A DNA stretch of 33,493 nt, taken from contig JAJQJO010000006.1 in NCBI GenBank assembly GCA_021323495.1, positions 1-33,493 of the forward strand, given 5' to 3'. The notes under the pieces are model-generated. The model made no database searches. It worked only from the letters and a program-made list of their open reading frames with translations, and was not told where the DNA came from. This document shows positions 27,199 through 33,493 of this stretch, piece after piece. Origin of the DNA: Cellvibrio sp. (lineage in GTDB: Bacteria; Pseudomonadota; Gammaproteobacteria; Pseudomonadales; Cellvibrionaceae). The number at the start of each line of letters is the position of its first letter. The first letter of the stretch is position 1. A program made the position numbers and the translations under genes.

Positions 27199-27661
27199 CA
27201 TCAGTTACGGGTTAACGAAGGATGAAATTAACAATAATAATGAAATTTAATTTTTACCTTTTTATCTCCTGGACATAATTAACAAGCGCAACAAAAACGG
27301 TACGAAGGTCTTTATCAAACTGGTCAATTAAAAGTTGGGCGGTATGTGGTTAGGCCTTTTTATCGAAACTGTTCAACTATAACTGTTCACCTAAAATTCG
27401 GTCAATCAAAACGGTACGGATATAAAGAGTAATTACCATAGTTCGCTGCACAAATACCAGCAACATTGTCAAATGCATAACGGTGGTAATCGTGGAGAAC
27501 TTGCCGCATATCTATGTTGATTGGGGTCCCACTTATAAGAAGCAATATGACGCTGCATTTCCTGGAAAACGGCGCGCTTGTCTTTCAATGGATTTCGGAT
27601 TATTAGCGCTGGCGCTAACCGTTAACGCAGACGTTAATGACTCGCTGTTAATGACTCTTCA

Positions 27662-30600
27662 TCAATGAAAGTCGCGCGACTTCAACGCAAGCTCATGCAA
27701 CCGGTGAGTAACATTTTGAATATGGCCCGCAATCACATGGACAATTGGCGTCCCTACCCCTTCGGCCAAAATTTCCACGGTCCCTTTAATAATTAGTAAT
27801 TTTCCCGTTAGTATTTCTGTCCTGAACCGCTCTTGTGTTGCGTTCCAGATAATTACATTGCTAGTGCCGGTTTCATCTTCCAGTGACATAAATATCACAC
27901 CACTTGCAGTGCCGGGGCGCTGCTTCCCGGTGACAACTCCCGCTATGCGCACAAACCCTTTATGCCTTAAATGGACAAGATCTGCAAAACGCTTGCATTT
28001 GTTGAAGGGAAATTCTGACCTGAGTATCTGCATAGGATGGGTGCGCAGTGTAAGGCCAATAGAGGCGTAATCATCCATCACGTTTTGTTCGAGCGTTGGG
28101 CCAGGCATTAGCAGTTCGTCGTTATCCACGTCGCTTGCTTCCAACAATGCAGAGTGCGGCATTAATGCGGATGCTTGCCAGCGAGCCTGGAAACGATTGC
28201 CGGTGATTTCACGGAAAGCGTCAGCGGATGCAAGGCATTCCAAAGCGGTATCGCTTAGCGATGTACGCCGTGCAACGTCTTTTAAGGATGTAAACGGAAT
28301 ATCTCCCCGCGCGCTTTCAATCAATTGCGCTTCCCCGACATTAAGTGACCGCACCGAAATAAAACCCAGGCGAATTCCACGCTGGCCGCTTTCATCGGAC
28401 TCTAACCTATTCTCATAATTGCTGCGGTTAATATTGACCGGCTTTACCACAACACCATGACGGCGTGCATCCTGGATTAATTGTGAGGGGCTGTAAAAAC
28501 CCATCGGCTGGCTATTTAACAGGGAGCAATAAAACGCGGCCGGATGATGCCGTTTGATCCAGCTCGATACATAACACAAAATTGCAAAACTGGCAGAATG
28601 GCTTTCTGGAAATCCATAACCGCCAAAACCTTTTACTTGCTCAAACAAACGATCGGCAAAATCCTGTGTGTAACCATTCGCCAGTAAACCGTTTTTGAAT
28701 TTAGTTTCAAATAACAGCAGTTTGGAATTCTTGCCCCAATTGGTAATTGCCCGCCGCAACTCATCCGCTTCACCACCGGTAAAGCCCGCAGCGACCATCG
28801 ATAATTTCATTACCTGTTCCTGGAATATGGGCACACCCATGGTTGGCTCTAATACCTCCCTGATCGCTTCACTCGGGAAAGTAACCGGCTCCGTTCCTGC
28901 GCGCCGACGAAGGTAGGGATGGACCATGCCGCCCTGGATGGGACCGGGCCTGACAATCGCAATCTGGATGACCAGATCGTAAAAACGTTTGGGTTGCAGA
29001 CGCGGTAACATTGCCATTTGTGCCCGCGATTCAACCTGGAAAACGCCAACGCTTTCGCCCCGGCATAACATCTTGTAAGTCTCGTCATCTTCGCCGGGAA
29101 TATCCTGCAATGAACGAATGGTTGGATCGTAGCTTCCAATCAATTCCAGTGCCCGGCGCAATGCCGACAACATACCTAACGCCAGCACATCCACTTTTAA
29201 TAAACGCATTGCTTCAAGGTCTTCCTTGTCCCACTGGATGATGGTGCGGTCCGGCATGCTCGCATTTTCCAGTGGGACCAGGTCGCTGATCCGGGTTTCT
29301 GATATAACAAAACCGCCAGTGTGTTGGCTCAGGTGGCGAGGGAAACCTTTTATTTGTTGCACCAGGTTAAAAAAATGGGTGAGCAAATCACTGCCGATGT
29401 TTACTCCCAACGATTCAATGCGTTTTTGCAAATCGCTACTGTGGTCCCACCAGGCAAGATTTTTGGTCAAATGATTTACCAATGACTCGTCCATGCCCAG
29501 CGCTTTACCCACGTCGCGCACTGCACTTTTGCTGCGATAAGTAATAACGACCGCGGCGATAGCAGCGCGCTCACGGCCATATTTCTGGTAAATATATTGG
29601 ATAACTTCTTCGCGCCGCTGGTGTTCAAAATCCACATCAATATCGGGCGGTTCGTCACGCTCACGTGAAATAAACCGCTCGAACAGGACGCCAATCAGCC
29701 CCGGTGCAATTTCAGTGATAAACAGGCAATAACATACCACTGAGTTGGCAGCAGAGCCGCGCCCCTGGCAAAGGATGCGCTGCTCGCGCGCAAAACGCAC
29801 AATGTCGTGTACCGTGAGGAAATAATATTCATATTCCAATTCTTCAATTAAGCCGAGCTCTTTTTCCAACAGCTCTTCAACCTCTTGCGGCACACCTGTT
29901 GGCCAGCGTTGCTGCTTACCCAGCGCAACCAAATTGCGCAGGTGATTAATCGGTGTTAATGCATCGGGCACCAATTCCCTGGGGTATTGGTAGCGGAGTT
30001 CAAGCATGGAGAACTGGCATAGGTCGGCAATTACGCAGGTCTCATCCAATAATTCCTGCGGATATAACCGCGCTAATTGATGCATGGATTTCAGATAGGC
30101 TTCGCCATTGAGTTCAAGCCTGGTACCCATCTCCTGGATTGGGGTACTGTGCCGGATCGCGGTCACGATATCTTGCAAAGGTTTGCGCTCGGCGCTGTGC
30201 ATCAAGGCTTCGCCACATGCAACCAAAGGGATATGTTGCGCAAGACCCAATGACTGCCAGCGTTCAAAATCCTGTTGCTCACCGCCGTGGAGTTGATGGT
30301 TAATACCAATCCATAAGCGTCCGTTGAATGCATTGTTTAATTCAGTTGCCACCGCATCTGAAATCGTCTCATTGAGCTTGGCAATCCAGATAATCAAACA
30401 GTGGCGCAACCGAAAACGCAGGTCTTCAAAATGCGCTTCGTAAGAACCTTTTTCTGCACGTCGCCGCGCAAGCGTAATAAAGCCCGAGAGTTCGGCATAG
30501 GCAACCCGTGAGGGTGCGATAGCAATTAAATCCATACCGTTGGATAAGCGGAACCGGCTGCCAATAATTAATTTAAAATTGAGTTCTTCGGCGGCTACAA

Positions 30601-30751
30601 AGGCTTTTACCGCGCCGGCAAGAGAACACTCATCTGTAATTGCCAGCGCGTCGTAACCCAGCTCGCATGCGCGATACACATATTCCGGCGGATGCGATGC
30701 ACCGGTAAGGAAAGTGAAATTGGTGGTGGTGTGTAATTGGGCGTAGCGCAT
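27662..30751 (-). CDS. dnaE2: Error-prone DNA polymerase DnaE2 (ImuC)
   Basis: PHP domain (YAQLH, AITDE), QGRGSAANS, PPDIDVDFE, FPRHLSQH, YGFPESH, QRPGTASG OB fold. Start moved to ATG 30751 (TGATG overlap with imuB). Confidence 0.96.
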   Translation of the reverse strand: MRYAQLHTTTNFTFLTGASHPPEYVYRACELGYDALAITDECSLAGAVKAFVAAEELNFKLIIGSRFRLSNGMDLIAIAPSRVAYAELSGFITLARRRAEKGSYEAHFEDLRFRLRHCLIIWIAKLNETISDAVATELNNAFNGRLWIGINHQLHGGEQQDFERWQSLGLAQHIPLVACGEALMHSAERKPLQDIVTAIRHSTPIQEMGTRLELNGEAYLKSMHQLARLYPQELLDETCVIADLCQFSMLELRYQYPRELVPDALTPINHLRNLVALGKQQRWPTGVPQEVEELLEKELGLIEELEYEYYFLTVHDIVRFAREQRILCQGRGSAANSVVCYCLFITEIAPGLIGVLFERFISRERDEPPDIDVDFEHQRREEVIQYIYQKYGRERAAIAAVVITYRSKSAVRDVGKALGMDESLVNHLTKNLAWWDHSSDLQKRIESLGVNIGSDLLTHFFNLVQQIKGFPRHLSQHTGGFVISETRISDLVPLENASMPDRTIIQWDKEDLEAMRLLKVDVLALGMLSALRRALELIGSYDPTIRSLQDIPGEDDETYKMLCRGESVGVFQVESRAQMAMLPRLQPKRFYDLVIQIAIVRPGPIQGGMVHPYLRRRAGTEPVTFPSEAIREVLEPTMGVPIFQEQVMKLSMVAAGFTGGEADELRRAITNWGKNSKLLLFETKFKNGLLANGYTQDFADRLFEQVKGFGGYGFPESHSASFAILCYVSSWIKRHHPAAFYCSLLNSQPMGFYSPSQLIQDARRHGVVVKPVNINRSNYENRLESDESGQRGIRLGFISVRSLNVGEAQLIESARGDIPFTSLKDVARRTSLSDTALECLASADAFREITGNRFQARWQASALMPHSALLEASDVDNDELLMPGPTLEQNVMDDYASIGLTLRTHPMQILRSEFPFNKCKRFADLVHLRHKGFVRIAGVVTGKQRPGTASGVIFMSLEDETGTSNVIIWNATQERFRTEILTGKLLIIKGTVEILAEGVGTPIVHVIAGHIQNVTHRLHELALKSRDFH

Positions 30752-32283
30752 CAGGCAAATACTCCATGCACGTACCACTGCTTGTCGTACAAATTAAAAA
30801 AAATCCACACTGGTAAATGATCCTGGCGTTTTGCCAGGAAATAATCCCTGGCGACGGGCTCCTGCCACCAATCACCGATTATTCGTTCAGGGCCAACCAG
30901 GGTTGATAAATAACCATGCCAGTAGAGCCGGTTGCGCCGCGCTTCTATCAACTCAGGTTTCGACAACAACCATGTTGGCCGCAAACTGTTCAGGTGAACC
31001 TCCGGCAATTCCTGGTTACATTTTTCTGCCAATGCCAGCATCACGTTAGTGAATTCCGGAACACGGCTATCGCGATAACCCAATTTATACACCGCACTAT
31101 CACCCAGCCTTGCTTTGAGTTTTGCGATAGTGATTGTGAAATCCTGCAGTGAACTTTTGCGGCGGCGATTTTGGTCAAAATCCAGGAGTTGGCTGCGGCG
31201 CTGGAGTGGCATTGAGTGATGGCAGATGAGTTTTATCGTGTCCACTTCAAAGGGCAACTCCCGGTTATCGAACTGGATCAGGGTTAAATCGTAAAGCAAT
31301 TGCCAGTGGCTTTGCGGTTCATCACTGTTTACCTTAAGCCATTCTTTTTTGCGGTAAATATCGGCAATGCACCACTCGATGTATTGGCATTGTTGCTGGC
31401 GTTTACGCAGATAATCGCTGAGCTGTTGCAACAGGTTTTCAATCGCCGGTTCCAATTGTTCGACGATGGTGACGGGATATTCAAATTGGATTTCCTGCTC
31501 AAACCATTCATCCGGCCGATAAATATCGCGTGGCTTTTCAAACAAAGAGTTTTGCAGGAGATTTTGGTCAATAGCGTAAATATCGCACAACAGATCGGTA
31601 AAATCCTGTCCCAGGCGTTTTCTGAAACTACTGATCGATTTGCCATTGATTTGTAATGCAAGGTCACCCAACGTTTTAAAACCGGTTTTGGCCAAGGCTT
31701 CAACTGCGCGGGGATAATCAATTAACACATCAATGGAAAGTTTATTCAATCGTTCGATAAAAAGTGGCTTCGCTTTATTGCCAACCACTTCATCCCCAAC
31801 AATGTCGTAATCCGCGAAAGAAAGATACCAGGCCGCCTGGGCGGAATGGGCAAGGCCATATTCGAAGCCATAAGGAGTAGCGGCAAGATGGGCAAATATT
31901 TTTTTGGATAACGATGCGAGCCCGCCAAATAATGCCAGGCAACTGGAAAGCTCCAGTAACAATCCCGATTGGACCAATCCATCACTGTAATAACGATCAA
32001 TGTAGGGACTGAATTGATAAAGCTGTTCCGACAATTGATGTAGTGCCGATTGTTCTTTTACTGCATCGCGCTCCACTATTTCACAGCCGCTGAGTAGCTG
32101 CGCGGTAGTGGTATCCATAGTCACTGTCACGCCTGCTGCTGCAGCCATCGCATTGGCAAAAATGACCCGCTTTTTTTCGATAACGACTATGGGCTTGGTG
32201 GTGGGGCCATCGGGTTTCAGGGCGGTCAGTGCGAGGTCGGAAAAGCGGATGGCTAGCCAGAGTCGTGAGCCCGGGGCATTCAC
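30751..32283 (-). CDS. imuB: ImuB, inactive Y-family polymerase scaffold
   Basis: Y-family N-terminus lacking obvious catalytic carboxylates, clamp-motif-like QLLDF, KLKARLG, RPTWLL, GPERIIGDWW, RDYF. Confidence 0.9.
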   Translation of the reverse strand: MNAPGSRLWLAIRFSDLALTALKPDGPTTKPIVVIEKKRVIFANAMAAAAGVTVTMDTTTAQLLSGCEIVERDAVKEQSALHQLSEQLYQFSPYIDRYYSDGLVQSGLLLELSSCLALFGGLASLSKKIFAHLAATPYGFEYGLAHSAQAAWYLSFADYDIVGDEVVGNKAKPLFIERLNKLSIDVLIDYPRAVEALAKTGFKTLGDLALQINGKSISSFRKRLGQDFTDLLCDIYAIDQNLLQNSLFEKPRDIYRPDEWFEQEIQFEYPVTIVEQLEPAIENLLQQLSDYLRKRQQQCQYIEWCIADIYRKKEWLKVNSDEPQSHWQLLYDLTLIQFDNRELPFEVDTIKLICHHSMPLQRRSQLLDFDQNRRRKSSLQDFTITIAKLKARLGDSAVYKLGYRDSRVPEFTNVMLALAEKCNQELPEVHLNSLRPTWLLSKPELIEARRNRLYWHGYLSTLVGPERIIGDWWQEPVARDYFLAKRQDHLPVWIFFNLYDKQWYVHGVFA

Positions 32284-33044
32284 GGTTTACCCCGGAGCGG
32301 GATAACGCGGGCAAGGCGCCGGGGTTTTGCATCCTGCTTGAGCCTGGCCGATTGTTGGTTGAGCGCGTGATACGGCAAGGCCGGCGCCCACTGCTCCGGC
32401 AACGCCAGCACTATAGGTTTGGTTTGGGTTTGCAGGTGCCCTTTTTGTTTGAAAACAGTAATTTCCAAACCGGTTGGGGCAATCCGGCTGTACAAACGCA
32501 AAGCGGCGGGTGAGCTTTGCTGCTGTGCTGATGCAGGCCGGAACAGGATCGCCAGGCCAGTACCTTCGGCGGCAGCCAGCTGGCACTTGCGCAGCTCGGT
32601 ATAAGTCAGAGCTTCCGCAGGCTGCCATGCGAGCACCGCTCCGATACTGGCGCGGGACAATTCAATAAAGCAGGCGATGAAATGGTTTTTTTCAGCTGCG
32701 CTCAGCACAATCATCCGTTCAAGGTCTATCCCTGCCTGGATAAACGCCTGGCTAAAAGGAATGGCAGGTGGATTCAACAAGGCCACCAAACCCGGCGTTG
32801 CAAGCAGCGCGGGAGTAAATAACTGCCACTCCCCTTGCATCCCCTGTTGGCACACCTCAACCAGGCAGCTTAAAGGCCAACCCCGGTTGAGCAACCCGAG
32901 ATCCAACTCCCCATACCCCGTCCCCACCGCTGCGCGAGCGGTAAAACGCCGGGAATGGCCCATCCACATATCGTCCCTGAGCAATAATTGCTCAAGCGAA
33001 GCAGGGGCTGGAGTTTCAGGGGGGATGTTAGTCATATTCATCAT
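32280..33044 (-). CDS. imuA: ImuA, RecA/SulA-like translesion synthesis accessory protein (start 33044, 33041 or 33035)
   Basis: TGYGELD..L..RGWP, GEWQL..PAL, LNPP, AVLAW, LRKCQLAA, SSPAALRL. First gene of the imuABC cassette. Confidence 0.88.
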   Translation of the reverse strand: MMNMTNIPPETPAPASLEQLLLRDDMWMGHSRRFTARAAVGTGYGELDLGLLNRGWPLSCLVEVCQQGMQGEWQLFTPALLATPGLVALLNPPAIPFSQAFIQAGIDLERMIVLSAAEKNHFIACFIELSRASIGAVLAWQPAEALTYTELRKCQLAAAEGTGLAILFRPASAQQQSSPAALRLYSRIAPTGLEITVFKQKGHLQTQTKPIVLALPEQWAPALPYHALNQQSARLKQDAKPRRLARVIPLRGKP

Positions 33045-33048
33045 TGCA

Positions 33049-33064
33049 CTGTAGTTATATACAG
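33049..33064. promoter_or_regulatory. LexA (SOS) box
   Basis: CTGTAGTTATATACAG fits CTG-N10-CAG. It overlaps a minus-strand TATACT (33063-33068), with TTGACG at 33088-33093 (19-bp spacer). Confidence 0.9.
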
Positions 33065-33493
33065 TATAGTGCACTGAACCAGTGACACGTCAATAAACCT
33101 GGTTAGAACATTTTCGACCTGCCCCACCGGGAATCAGCTGCCGGGTGGTTATTTACAATGGCGCATCAAGTTCTTTGGTCCAAAAGAGTTTATGGAGTTG
33201 TTACTTTACTCACAGCTCCTGGGTTGTATACCGTACCAAGCCCATTAAAAAAGTGTGGTATAAAAAAAATCATCAAGATTCTTCAAATAATTTTAACCTG
33301 GATGTACAACATGAAAACCGCAATCATCGTGTTAGCCTGTTTATGTTTTTTACCTTACGTTATGGCTTTTGTAGCGAGTTATTTCCGGAAAAAACAATTA
33401 GGCAAATTTGATAATCAAAATCCGCGCGCGCAATATGCGCAATTGCAAGGGCCTGGTGCACGCGCCGTTGCGGCGCAACAAAATGCCTGGGAG

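Noticed and set aside
4988-27657. CRISPR array or iterons among the repeats
   Set aside because: The repeats are contiguous tandem units with no unique spacers, and no cas or rep genes are present.
27483-27668. 61-aa + strand ORF
   Set aside because: No RBS or motif, and it overlaps the dnaE2 stop.
618-33054. Numerous 60-200 aa ORFs antisense to or nested in the main genes
   Set aside because: They are shadow frames of well-supported CDSs with no independent motifs.
33045-33074. ORF-track N-terminus of ImuA (MHYTVYNYSA)
   Set aside because: It is a translation of the LexA box and -10 element; the start must be downstream.
33145-33411. 88-aa + strand ORF
   Set aside because: GTG start without an RBS, AT-rich, no recognisable motif; probably intergenic DNA.
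33448-33470. Sigma-54 promoter near the right edge
   Set aside because: tggtgcacgcgccgttgc does not have the required GG-N10-GC spacing.

Overview
A ~33.5 kb gammaproteobacterial-looking chromosomal segment (about 50% GC by eye; Cellvibrio-like gene content, taxon not provable here) dominated by metal homeostasis. (1) 216-12699: a minus-strand operon encodes an ABC ATPase, two ABC-2/DUF3526-type permeases (one frameshifted by a 37-bp duplication), a type III PLP decarboxylase, a cysteine-synthase/SbnA-like enzyme, an ornithine-cyclodeaminase/SbnB-like enzyme, a MATE exporter and a HisC-like aminotransferase. It is divergent from a TonB-dependent receptor gene, and a Zur-like box lies between them. 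The enzyme set resembles actinobacterial aminopolycarboxylate (EDDS/EDHA, aesA-D) zincophore clusters and has no NRPS or NIS synthetase, so it is a candidate Gram-negative zincophore synthesis/export/re-uptake system. (2) An EcsC-family gene behind a near-consensus Pho box, and an arylsulfatase. (3) chrBA chromate resistance. (4) A BlaI-like repressor and a His-rich BlaR1/M56 peptidase heading czcCBA, a HupE/UreJ gene and a small His-rich exported protein; the palindrome AAAACCGAT-N5-ATCGGTTTT occurs twice as a candidate operator. (5) A LexA-box-controlled imuA-imuB-dnaE2 cassette. No rRNA, tRNA, CRISPR array, integrase or transposase was recognised.
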